Source: Gemmatimonadota bacterium
Lineage (GTDB): Bacteria > Gemmatimonadota > Gemmatimonadetes > Gemmatimonadales > GWC2-71-9
Length of the DNA stretch: 64,000 nucleotides
Direction: 5' to 3'
Assembly (NCBI GenBank): GCA_031402225.1
Contig: JANNSD010000040.1
Coordinates: 27,710 to 91,709 of the forward strand
Shown here: positions 46,728 through 55,833 of the stretch, one piece after another
How positions within the stretch are numbered: position 1 is the first letter of the stretch
Layout: every line of letters begins with the position of its first letter
Position numbers and translations under genes: made by a program
The notes under the pieces: generated by a model
Told to the model about the DNA's origin: nothing
What the model saw: only the letters and a program-made list of their open reading frames with translations
Database searches by the model: none

Positions 46728-46925
46728 GCCGTGGTGAAGGAAGCGATGTTCCAGGAGGTGGTGGCGCGGTTGGCGCGGGCCGATGGCAGTTGTGGCGGTG
46801 GCCCGGACCGTGCGACTGGACCCCAGGACGGTGCGGGCGTGGCGGGCGAAGGGGCAGAGGCAGCCGCGGGTGGCACGGCGGCGGCGCTCCATCCTCGATC
46901 CCTATGTGGAGTGGCTCGACTCTCC
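46728..46925 (+). mobile_element. IS21-family transposase (IstA) N-terminal remnant, frameshifted
   Basis: Two frames together read ...KEAMFQEVVARLARADG / AVVAVARTVRLDPRTVRAWRAKG...RRRRSILDPYVEWL. This matches the HTH and DP(Y/F) region at the N-terminus of IstA. No catalytic domain follows. Confidence 0.45.
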
Positions 46926-47120
46926 AGGCGCCTGCAAAGAGTCGAGGTCCTCCCCGCCGCCGACCAGCGCACGGTGCTCAAGCGCGTCGACGCCCTGCAC
47001 GAGACCCACCTCCGCACCGCCGCCCGCGCCCGGCCCGCGCCGCCGGGCCGGCTGAGCATGAAAGCCCAGCCGCGAAGGGCCGGACCTCCGTGCAGAGGGC
47101 GAGCAGAAGCTCGCCTTAGA

Positions 47121-47411
47121 TCAAGGGAACTCGAGTTTCCCGTCCGAGCGCGGACGCGTGGATGCCCTCAGCTCGGTTTCTAGTTGCTCGTGAAGCGCTT
47201 CGTCGGACTCGCGTTGGTCAGCCCATGCCTTGCTCTCATGCACAGCGCGCTTTGCTTCGTAGTGGGACAGGCTAGCGAAGTCCTCGAGTGCCCACATGCT
47301 CTCCGCTTTTGTGCACCCCTGTGAACGAAGGTAGACGAGCACTTCCTCCGTTGATTTTCCCTCGCGCATCATCCGCTTTACGGGTTCACGAACGGCTTCT
47401 AGGTGGCTCAC
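47121..47411 (-). CDS. Putative immunity protein of the inverted orphan cassette
   Basis: 96 aa acidic protein, 9 nt downstream of the orphan toxin tip on the same strand. Confidence 0.55.
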   Translation of the reverse strand: MSHLEAVREPVKRMMREGKSTEEVLVYLRSQGCTKAESMWALEDFASLSHYEAKRAVHESKAWADQRESDEALHEQLETELRASTRPRSDGKLEFP

Positions 47412-47419
47412 GACCCCTC

Positions 47420-48049
47420 CTACTTGCTGAGGTCTTTCATGATCTCCATCACATGCCCAGGATTGGCGCCGCTCACTCGCTGACCGCTAATGGTGATCTG
47501 CTCGAACCCCTGCGCCTTGGCAGCGTCTATTAGCTGGCGAGTAAGTTGGAGCATCTGACCCGTGCCCACTTTGACGGTTTCAGCGTCGGCGCCGAACACT
47601 GAGAAGTTCTGGAGATGGACCTTGGTGCCATCAACCGCAACCTTGTACGCAACTTCAAGCTTGCCACCTGCTGTCTCGACGAACTGTGAGACACGCTGAC
47701 CATTCTGAAAGCCCGCTGCTCCCGCGCCTCCTGCACCACCGGCCCCGGCGGCTGCAGCACTGCCCCCTCCAGACAGGAGCCCTACGCCCAAGCCGATAGC
47801 TCCACCGGCAGCACCACCGATCAAAGCATTCCGGCCAACGTTCTCTCGGAGCGGCCGGTCGTTCATCGCGTTGTACGCGACGGTAGCAAGCGCAGCGCCG
47901 GCACCGCCAATCAGCGCACCCGCAAACGCGGTACACCACGGGGCACACAACCCATAGGGGTCACTGAACGCCACGGGATTGTTCGCCGCGTAGGCATAGA
48001 GATTGACGCCGCCGGCCAGCCCGATGGGATCCTGGGTCAGCAAGATCCC
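47420..48049 (-). other. Orphan Rhs C-terminal toxin cassette, inverted relative to the main rhs gene
   Basis: Encodes ILLTQDPIGLAGGVNLYAYAANNPVAFSDPYGL, followed by a Gly-zipper hydrophobic region and a ~100-aa domain of unknown family. It has no credible own start; the ORF-track start is a TTG inside the junction site. Confidence 0.8.
48026..48049 (-). repeat. 24-bp palindromic cassette-junction site (inverted copy; GGGATCTTG CTGACC CAGGATCCC on - strand)
   Basis: Read directly, 18 nt downstream of the recombinase stop codon. It carries the same C>T variant as the copy at 58366. Confidence 0.9.
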
Positions 48050-48067
48050 ACGATCCCGACCTCAAAG

Positions 48068-49012
48068 CTACTTCTGACGGACGCCTCGACGAACCCGCCG
48101 AGCCTGCTCGGCTGGGTGGGCACGTGCGTGCACAGCTTGAAGGCGCACTATCGAAACATGGGTGTATCTGGCCGTTGTTGCGAGGTTTGTATGACCCAGG
48201 ATGGCCTGGACATCCCGTACGTCCGCACCTCCCTCCAATAGCAGGGTGGCCATGGAATGCCGGAACAGGTGGCAGCTCCCGGCCTTGGCCACGTCTGCCG
48301 CCTCGACGTACCGGCGGACCCTCTCCGACAGGCGATTCAGCAGCATGGGAGTGCCGTGGCTGCTGACGAAGAGGAACTCACTTCTCACCTCTCCAACCAG
48401 TCGCGGTCGGCTTCGCTTCAGGTAGCGGCGCACCCAACCGAGTGCGCGCTTGCCACACGGAACAACCCGGTCTCGCTGGCCCTTGCCCGCTCGGACCAAC
48501 ACTACCCCCCGTACCTGGTCGATATCTGCCACGTGAAGATGCGCGACCTCCGCTCGCCGCAGGCCAGTGGAGTAGAGGACCTCGAGAACGGCACGGTCCC
48601 GAAGGCCAAGCATGGAGCGACTGTCCGGACGCCTCAAGACTCGCTCAGCCTCCCTTGAGTTCAGCACCGACATGGGCAACTGAAATGGCCGCTTTGGCAG
48701 GCGCATGGACACTCCGGCGCTGGACACCAGCAGGCCCGAAGAGACTGCCCAACCAAGGAAAGCCTTGATTGAGCCGAGGTATTCCGCCTGCGTGCCCCAA
48801 GCCAACGGCTGTCCGGTCCGGAGCCTGGCCTCGAAGAGCGTGAGACGGAAGCGCTCGAGCCGCTCCCGCGAGAGTTCGGCGGGATGCTCGATCTGAAACG
48901 GCGCGCACCATCGCAGCAGGCGATAAAGGCACGAGCGCTGGTTTCGTACTGTTGCCACCGCATGATTGGTGGCGCGCAGCCACGACAGGTACTCCTCGAC
49001 AAAAACACGCAC
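48068..49012 (-). CDS. Tyrosine site-specific recombinase (XerC/XerD-like)
   Basis: N-terminal SAM-like core-binding domain. Catalytic residues are in STGLRRAE (R), KGQRDR (K), HLFRHSMAT (H-x-x-R), ILGH (H) and TARYTH (Y). Confidence 0.9.
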   Translation of the reverse strand: MRVFVEEYLSWLRATNHAVATVRNQRSCLYRLLRWCAPFQIEHPAELSRERLERFRLTLFEARLRTGQPLAWGTQAEYLGSIKAFLGWAVSSGLLVSSAGVSMRLPKRPFQLPMSVLNSREAERVLRRPDSRSMLGLRDRAVLEVLYSTGLRRAEVAHLHVADIDQVRGVVLVRAGKGQRDRVVPCGKRALGWVRRYLKRSRPRLVGEVRSEFLFVSSHGTPMLLNRLSERVRRYVEAADVAKAGSCHLFRHSMATLLLEGGADVRDVQAILGHTNLATTARYTHVSIVRLQAVHARAHPAEQARRVRRGVRQK

Positions 49013-49176
49013 GAGTTGGCTCCGGGTTCTGAGTCCGCTCGAAGCTACGCGCGCTGCGCCAGCCTATCTCACATCGTCTCAGGACATCGCATGAGACACC
49101 CACCGAGACATTCCTCGCACTCGTCGAGGCCCTAAGTCATTCAGCGACAACAGCCTCTGCGGCTCGGCACCACGGC

Positions 49177-52100
49177 ATGGGTGCTGCCAATCCACGGGCA
49201 ACCCGACTCCAGGGAGCTCTCGTGGTTTCTCTCCGTACCGCTCTGCGCCGCCCCCTTCTGCTCTGCCTCTTGCTGCTCGCCACTTCGCCGCTGGAGGCGC
49301 AGCAGATCGCGCCAATGTGCGCGGGCGCGGGTTGTCAGGAGGATGTGTCGATATCGGGGTTCCCCGCACTGTCGCAAACACCGGCGCCCGAAACCACGGT
49401 GAACTACAACTTCACCGTGACCAACGCGGGTGACCTGGAGCATGAAGTGCGATTTACGTGCACCACAAGTGATCCGCAGGTGTCCTGCAGCAACAGCACC
49501 ACCTATACCCTGGCGCCTTTCGGCTCGGTGGTCATTCCCATGTCCTACCTGGCCAAGGGTGTGGGAGCGCCAATCACCCATACCCTCAAGCTGCTGAAGG
49601 ATGACATCATCATCCAGACCGTTGTCATGAATATCCTGGTTTCGGGAGCATCGTTCATTGCGCACGCCAAGCCGATTGACACGGATACCGCTCTGGCCAC
49701 GGACACGCTGCGTGCGCTCTTCACGCACGCCAGCCCGGTGGTCCCGGGGAGTGTCAAGGTCTGGCTCGATAACACCCTGACCGTCAACACTCTGACCGCC
49801 ACTTCCACCGGCTACACGCTACGCCTGACGGGCGCAACGATCAACACGGCGCTACCGGTCCACACGTGGAAGAGTTACGCCTGCACCGTAAGCGGCCGAT
49901 GCGACTACTTCAGCTCGTCCTTCCGGCTCGTCGGACCGATCACCTACGCCCTCGATGACTCGCTCCCGTCGGCGACCGGGACGGGCACGGGAGGGGTAGG
50001 GATGCTGGGTGGGTTGCCGCTACCACCCATGAATCAGCGCGGGTGTGCCCAGGGCCCGGACGATCCGGAGATCAACATCACGCCGAAGTGGATATCCCAG
50101 CCAGGTACCCCGGGGGTGGCACCCGCAGGTATCGTGTTCCTGGCTGCTACGGTGCCCACGAACACGGTGCTCGTCATTCGAACCACAACCGTGGACCTCA
50201 AGCCCGGCAACGGACGGCCGCTCTGCGCCGACTACACCCACTTGCAGGACAATCAGTTTGACTGGGGCTACTGGATCGGGGCAGAGAAGAACGATGCCCT
50301 CTGGGCCGGTTATCCGTGGGGCGACCGCACCGTGGCTCTTGGTGACGAGCGCAGGGGCGACCCGCTTGATGATGGTCCGTGGGAGTTGGCAAGCGCGACC
50401 ATTCACGGCCCGAACCCGTCGGCCTCTCGCTTCGCGGCGGCGCGGCTCGGCCGCGAGAGTCACGCACGATCGCAGGAGACAAGCAACCGCGTCCGTGCGA
50501 TCACCACGATGTCTCGCGTCCCGGATCCCGGAGCGATCAAGCCCAGCACGTTCTCGCTGAGCATCAATGGCACCACGATCATCTCCGCGGGTGCCGTGGC
50601 GTCGGGTATCACCGGTGTGACGCTCGTCAGCCTGGACCGTGTTGGCGCGGAGGTCCAGGTTGCGCTGGGCCACCCGCTGCTGCGCAAGTTCAACCCCCAG
50701 AACCCGACAGCCAACTACGGTGGCTGGAACGAGATCATTGCCGGGATCTCGGATTCGACGGCGCATCACACGGATGTACGTGGGCGCTTCGTAATGGTTG
50801 GGCCGGGCGCGGTCCTGCCCCTCGCACTCGCCCGCCTTCGGGACTTCACGAGCCTCGATCAAGGCGACTGCGCGGCCTTTGGCGCCTTTCAGTGTGGCGG
50901 CGTTGCGCTGACGCAGGCCATACCGGGATTTGTCTCGCGCGACAAGCAGCGAGACCTGCACCTGATCTATCGCTCTGCGAGCCAGCGCCAACAGACGATC
51001 CTGCCGCTCAAGGTCACGATCCAGCGCGACCAGAAGGCCCCTGACTCGACGTGGACCTGGGCCGTCGCCTCCGGCAGCACCATAAGCGACACGCTTCGCT
51101 ATGCGGGGCTCGCCGGCAGTCTGTCCGGATGGCAGGCGAGCAACCTGAATGAGTGGTCGGACGAGGCGAGAGCCGTTGCCACCGAGGTACGGGCCCCCGC
51201 GGCTGGCAATGCCGCGATCCGCCGCGTTACGGCGGTTGTCCGTGGCTTTTATACCGACACGCTGCTCAACAAGGTGACCCGCGATGATACCCTGTCGCAG
51301 GATGTCGTCCAGCTCCACTTGAGCGATACTCTGTCCACCCGGTTCGGCCCGGGCTGGCAACTGGCAGAACTCCATCGACTCGTGCTCGGTCAGTCACTTG
51401 GCGGGGCTCCCGCGGCCATCTGGCTCCGTGGCGACGGTTCCTACGCGATCTATCGCAAGCCCGGGAGTACCTGGTCAGCCCCCGCAGGAGAAACAGCCCG
51501 CCTCGTTCAGTTCAGCGTCGAGCAAACGGGGGCGCTCTATGTCCTGTACCTCGAGAATGGCGCCGCCATCGGCTTCCGCACCGACGGCTGGCAGGTCTGG
51601 ACGCGGGACCTGGTGGGTAACTACACCACTTTTGCGTACGCGACGAGCGCGTCAAGCCGCCTCACATCCATCACCGATCCGGCCGGGCAGCGGTTCGACT
51701 TCACCTACTATCCCGCGGATACCAGGAAAGGCCTCGTCGCCGCCATAGTGCGCTACGCAGTTACCTCGGATACGATTGCGAGGTTCGACTATACCACCAC
51801 CGGAACGCCCGGCCGCCTGATCAAGGTTGCCACACAACGTACAGGATCCCTCGCCGACTCCGCCCGCTTCAGCTACTTCACCACCTCCGTCGGTGCCTTC
51901 ATCGACTCGATTGTTGATCCGCGCGACACCACCGGGCGCCGGGTCGCATCGCGGGTTGCCTATGACGCCACAACCTGGACACCGACGTATGTCACGCGCG
52001 CGAAGCCCGGCTCGGCGCAGTATCGCGATGTGTGGCGGCGCGTCTCGCCGCGCACGGGGCGCGGCCGGGGCCCAGCCGGCCCGGCCGGAGGACAACTGGT

Positions 52101-55100
52101 CGATCGCATGGCTGACATGTCCCAGGTGCTTGGCACGTACGTGCCCTTCGCCGGGCTGCCGACGGACTTTGGTACCGACAAGTTCAGTTACCCGACATAT
52201 GTGCGCCGGATATCCGAGCAGCCTCGACCGCTTGGCGGCGGGCTGATTGAGACGCAGGGTGGTGACGACGTGCGCCGGATCGGCCGCGATTCGCTCGGGC
52301 GGGTGATTCGCATTGTTGCGGCTCCCGATTCGGCTGCACTCATCGATTCAGTCCGCTTTCACTACGACGCACTCAGTCGCGTTGATACAATTGTGCGGAC
52401 GACCCGCGAATACAAACCGCTGCAAACGCGCGTCACCGACACGCTGTCATTTACGTATGACTCGGTCAGCATCACAGCGGGCGCTCAATGGTGTTCCCGG
52501 CTCAAGACGTCCAAGGACGAAATGGCGGCGGTCACCAAAGTGGAGTACGGGCCGAACGGGCCGCGCCTCTGTCTCCCTGACCGCGTCATCGGCATTGCGA
52601 GTGACACGACCTCGTTCAAGTACGACGGCAGCATTGGCGCCGGGCGGCCGGCAGCCGCGCGACCGGTGAGTACCACCGGTGCGGACGGCGTCGTGACAAC
52701 GGCAACGTACGAGACGGTCCTCTGGAACACGGCCACGGTTACCCGCACGGCGGACGGAGCCGTCTCACGACTCTTCTACGATCGCCTGGGTCGTCCAGAC
52801 TCGGTGCTGGACCCCGAGAACGTGCGCACAGCCTTCCTGCGTGATCGCTACGGCAGGGTCACGCACTCGAAAACAGGGAGCGGGCCGCTTGCGCCTGTCG
52901 CACGAACCACCTTCGATCAGTCTGGTAACGCCATCTCGATAGATGTCTACGCATCACAGCTCGAGAACCTGGCGGTGCCGAGCGGAACCCTGCAGACAAC
53001 CCGCACGTTCCTCGACGTGCTCGGTTGGGTTGATTCGACCCTGACGCCCGGCTCGCGCGCCGTCTCGAGCGGCTACCAGGCTCGCAAGCAGAGTTTTCAA
53101 CGGAACGGTTTCGGGAGTGCGAGCGCAGAGTATCCCGGCAACAGCACGAGGATCGCTCGCATTTTCGACTGGGACGGCCGGGTCAAGTACGTCAACGAGA
53201 GCGCCCTCAGCGCGAGCATGTCCATGGATGGGGAGCGCTTCGCCGACGCGGCCACGATGACCTGGCTCAATGCGCTTATCCTGCCGACAGGGCCGGCCAT
53301 CAATGCCGGGCGGGTCCACCAATACAAGTATGACAATCGCGGGCGGCTCCGGGGAACCTGGAGCTATGAAGACTACATTGGCCCGACAGCCTACTCGCAC
53401 CGGCACTACGGCTACACCCGTGCCGGGCTGCTGGCCGCTGACACCCTGAGTTTCGACAGCCTCACCATCATCAGGCAGTACGAGTACAACCGCCGCGGCC
53501 AGCGTACCAGGATGACTGACGCGATAACCGCGCTCAAGCCATTCTCTTCCGGCGACGCGACGAGTGAGACCGTGTACAGCTACGATGTCACAACTGGTCG
53601 GCTCACCACGGACTCTGCGTTCTATGGGAGCGGCAGGCTGCCCCTGGCCTCGGTGGCCCTGGTCTATGACCGAGCAGGGCGCGAAACGCAGCGCACCGTG
53701 CGGGTGGATGGCGGTGTCCCCCTGATAACGACGACACATTATGACAACAAGGGACGGGTCGACAGCGTCGACACCAAGCAAGGGTCGACACGTCACTATG
53801 GATGGTGGGGAACCAGCTACAACAAGCAGGATGAGCTCCTTGCGTACACGAGCAGCGAGCCCGGCGCGACTTCCGGCAGCCACATCATGGAGTACGCGCT
53901 CGATGGCACGCGGCGCCTGACTCGATCCACGGCGGGCTTCCACACGAATGTCTGGACGTACGATGTCCTTGGGAATCGGCTGAGCGAGAATTTCACTTCG
54001 ACGCAGGTGGTCAGTTGCACCGGGCCGCGCAGCCTGACCTACGGCGTGGACAGCCGGATACTCTCACGTGGAGCCCTGCCTGGCCAACCCCCTTGCGGCC
54101 AGAGCACCTATTTCACGAACCAGGCTGGTCAGCGCCTCGGCGAAGCCGACCAGACGTACACAGGGAGCGCACAGGTGCAGTTGAGGTCGGTCATGACCTA
54201 CACGGCGAGTGGCCAGCTCTACTATAGCGCCACACCGACGGGGATCACCGGATCCTGGGACCACCTCTGGACGTGGAGCGATGCCCAAGGGATACGGGTC
54301 ATGTCACGCATGGCCACCGTAAACGGAGTGTACCCCACCCCCAATCCGATGACTTCGGGCCAACGCACCTACTATGGCTATGACGGATCGAATGTCGCCG
54401 TCGAGGTGGTGAGCGGGGGCGGTGTATGGCGGGTCGAGCGGCGTCACATGTTCCTGGGCATCGACCAGGAAGTCGCGGGCCGCTATGTGGTGGGCCCGGT
54501 CAAGAACCTGTACATCGTGACCGATCGCCAGGGCACGATGGTCAAGGCGATGGAGGCGAACGGCAACACTGCCAGTTCCGGGCTCGTTCGTGGGGCATTC
54601 GGCGAACGCCTGGGCCTCGGCGCCAACGGGAGCAATGCGACCGCGACCGGATTTGCAGGGGCAGGGAGCCCTTCTCAGGCGGGCTATGCATACCTTCGGA
54701 ATCGGTGGTATGATCCAACCACGGGGCGCTTCCTGACCCAGGATCCCATCGGGCTGGCCGGCGGCGTCAACCTGTATGCGTACGCTGCGAACAATCCCGT
54801 CGCATACAGCGATCCATTTGGACTCTGCGAACCGTTCTGTACTGCGATAGATGTCGCCATGGTGACCGCCGACGTGGCGGACATCGCTGTCAATGGCATG
54901 ACAGTTGGGCGAGGGCTCACGCTTGCAGTGGACGTTGTAGCCGCAGCAATTCCGTTTGTCCCCGCTCTCGCCGGCGCAACGGCGCGCGTGGTCCAAGGCG
55001 CGCAACGCGCAGAAGGAGTTGTCCACAACAATTCACTTAGGACAACCGCCCCGGCGCAAGGCTACTCCCTGCGCGACAAGAGTACCGGCAGCGTGCTCAA

Positions 55101-55287
55101 GTATGGGGAAACAACTCAGGGAACACGTCGCTACACTCAGAAGTACCTCCGTGAGAACAACGCAGAAATGGTGTTTGAGGCGAAGGGTTCGAAGCAAGAG
55201 ATGCACGACTGGCAGCACCAGAAGATCACGGAGCACAAGGCAGCAAATGGCGGTAGCCGTCCGCCCCTCAACAAGTCTGACTACTGA
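49177..55287 (+). CDS. Rhs/YD-repeat polymorphic toxin with Sec signal peptide (2036 aa)
   Basis: Signal peptide ...LLLCLLLLATSPLEAQQ. The first ~800 aa lack repeats. Many YD repeats follow (YKYDNRGRL, YEYNRRGQR, YSYDVTTGRL, VYDRAGRE, HYDNKGRV, WTYDVLGNRL). The core end is RWYDPTTGRFLTQDPIGLAGGVNLYAYAANNPVAYSDPFGL, then a ~170-aa tip. Confidence 0.92.
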   Translation: MGAANPRATRLQGALVVSLRTALRRPLLLCLLLLATSPLEAQQIAPMCAGAGCQEDVSISGFPALSQTPAPETTVNYNFTVTNAGDLEHEVRFTCTTSDPQVSCSNSTTYTLAPFGSVVIPMSYLAKGVGAPITHTLKLLKDDIIIQTVVMNILVSGASFIAHAKPIDTDTALATDTLRALFTHASPVVPGSVKVWLDNTLTVNTLTATSTGYTLRLTGATINTALPVHTWKSYACTVSGRCDYFSSSFRLVGPITYALDDSLPSATGTGTGGVGMLGGLPLPPMNQRGCAQGPDDPEINITPKWISQPGTPGVAPAGIVFLAATVPTNTVLVIRTTTVDLKPGNGRPLCADYTHLQDNQFDWGYWIGAEKNDALWAGYPWGDRTVALGDERRGDPLDDGPWELASATIHGPNPSASRFAAARLGRESHARSQETSNRVRAITTMSRVPDPGAIKPSTFSLSINGTTIISAGAVASGITGVTLVSLDRVGAEVQVALGHPLLRKFNPQNPTANYGGWNEIIAGISDSTAHHTDVRGRFVMVGPGAVLPLALARLRDFTSLDQGDCAAFGAFQCGGVALTQAIPGFVSRDKQRDLHLIYRSASQRQQTILPLKVTIQRDQKAPDSTWTWAVASGSTISDTLRYAGLAGSLSGWQASNLNEWSDEARAVATEVRAPAAGNAAIRRVTAVVRGFYTDTLLNKVTRDDTLSQDVVQLHLSDTLSTRFGPGWQLAELHRLVLGQSLGGAPAAIWLRGDGSYAIYRKPGSTWSAPAGETARLVQFSVEQTGALYVLYLENGAAIGFRTDGWQVWTRDLVGNYTTFAYATSASSRLTSITDPAGQRFDFTYYPADTRKGLVAAIVRYAVTSDTIARFDYTTTGTPGRLIKVATQRTGSLADSARFSYFTTSVGAFIDSIVDPRDTTGRRVASRVAYDATTWTPTYVTRAKPGSAQYRDVWRRVSPRTGRGRGPAGPAGGQLVDRMADMSQVLGTYVPFAGLPTDFGTDKFSYPTYVRRISEQPRPLGGGLIETQGGDDVRRIGRDSLGRVIRIVAAPDSAALIDSVRFHYDALSRVDTIVRTTREYKPLQTRVTDTLSFTYDSVSITAGAQWCSRLKTSKDEMAAVTKVEYGPNGPRLCLPDRVIGIASDTTSFKYDGSIGAGRPAAARPVSTTGADGVVTTATYETVLWNTATVTRTADGAVSRLFYDRLGRPDSVLDPENVRTAFLRDRYGRVTHSKTGSGPLAPVARTTFDQSGNAISIDVYASQLENLAVPSGTLQTTRTFLDVLGWVDSTLTPGSRAVSSGYQARKQSFQRNGFGSASAEYPGNSTRIARIFDWDGRVKYVNESALSASMSMDGERFADAATMTWLNALILPTGPAINAGRVHQYKYDNRGRLRGTWSYEDYIGPTAYSHRHYGYTRAGLLAADTLSFDSLTIIRQYEYNRRGQRTRMTDAITALKPFSSGDATSETVYSYDVTTGRLTTDSAFYGSGRLPLASVALVYDRAGRETQRTVRVDGGVPLITTTHYDNKGRVDSVDTKQGSTRHYGWWGTSYNKQDELLAYTSSEPGATSGSHIMEYALDGTRRLTRSTAGFHTNVWTYDVLGNRLSENFTSTQVVSCTGPRSLTYGVDSRILSRGALPGQPPCGQSTYFTNQAGQRLGEADQTYTGSAQVQLRSVMTYTASGQLYYSATPTGITGSWDHLWTWSDAQGIRVMSRMATVNGVYPTPNPMTSGQRTYYGYDGSNVAVEVVSGGGVWRVERRHMFLGIDQEVAGRYVVGPVKNLYIVTDRQGTMVKAMEANGNTASSGLVRGAFGERLGLGANGSNATATGFAGAGSPSQAGYAYLRNRWYDPTTGRFLTQDPIGLAGGVNLYAYAANNPVAYSDPFGLCEPFCTAIDVAMVTADVADIAVNGMTVGRGLTLAVDVVAAAIPFVPALAGATARVVQGAQRAEGVVHNNSLRTTAPAQGYSLRDKSTGSVLKYGETTQGTRRYTQKYLRENNAEMVFEAKGSKQEMHDWQHQKITEHKAANGGSRPPLNKSDY
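54733..54749 (+). repeat. Half-site in the expressed rhs gene: spacer CTGACC + right arm CAGGATCCC (left arm diverged, GGGCGCTTC)
   Basis: Read directly. Homology to all orphan cassettes starts exactly at CTGACC. Confidence 0.85.
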
Positions 55288-55700
55288 TGCGATCTATGAA
55301 ACTCTGGATGAGTGGTGAGGTCGATGCGGACGTATACGACGCCTTTCGCGCGGCGAGGCAGGATGTTGAGTCCGCTGTAGCGGCAGTGCTTGCCCGCGAG
55401 TCGTTTGGACCCCCTGCCCTTGAGTGGGCAGTCATTCCCATCATCCGCTCGGAAGACCATCCCGACTACCGGGAGTTGGTGCAGTTCCATGCTCGCCGAA
55501 CGACCGTGGAGTTCCGGCTCAGGGTGTCCCACGTGCAGTTCCGTTCCGGAACATCGGGGCAGCAGCGAGGCCTCCTTGTCCAAGCTCTGTTACGCAGCCT
55601 GTCGATGTTGCCCGTGGGGCTATCGGCGTCCGTCAGGGCCGCAGAGCTTGGAGCAGGCCTAGGCGCTCTAGCCCGGTCGGAGGGCTGGCCATTAACCTAG
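55287..55700 (+). CDS. Putative cognate immunity protein of the expressed Rhs tip
   Basis: 137 aa. The ATG overlaps the rhs stop (TGATG). Confidence 0.6.
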   Translation: MRSMKLWMSGEVDADVYDAFRAARQDVESAVAAVLARESFGPPALEWAVIPIIRSEDHPDYRELVQFHARRTTVEFRLRVSHVQFRSGTSGQQRGLLVQALLRSLSMLPVGLSASVRAAELGAGLGALARSEGWPLT

Positions 55701-55809
55701 GGAATGCACTAACTGGACGCGCCAGCCGACCCCGTGCTGGATGGAGCACGGTCCGTTAGCTAAAAGCGCGCCGCACACGCGCCCAAGCCGACTTGATCTT
55801 TGGTTGTGG

Positions 55810-55833
55810 GGGATCCTGCTGACCCAGGATCCC
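55810..55833 (+). repeat. 24-bp palindromic cassette-junction site GGGATCCTG CTGACC CAGGATCCC (perfect)
   Basis: Read directly. Confidence 0.95.
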
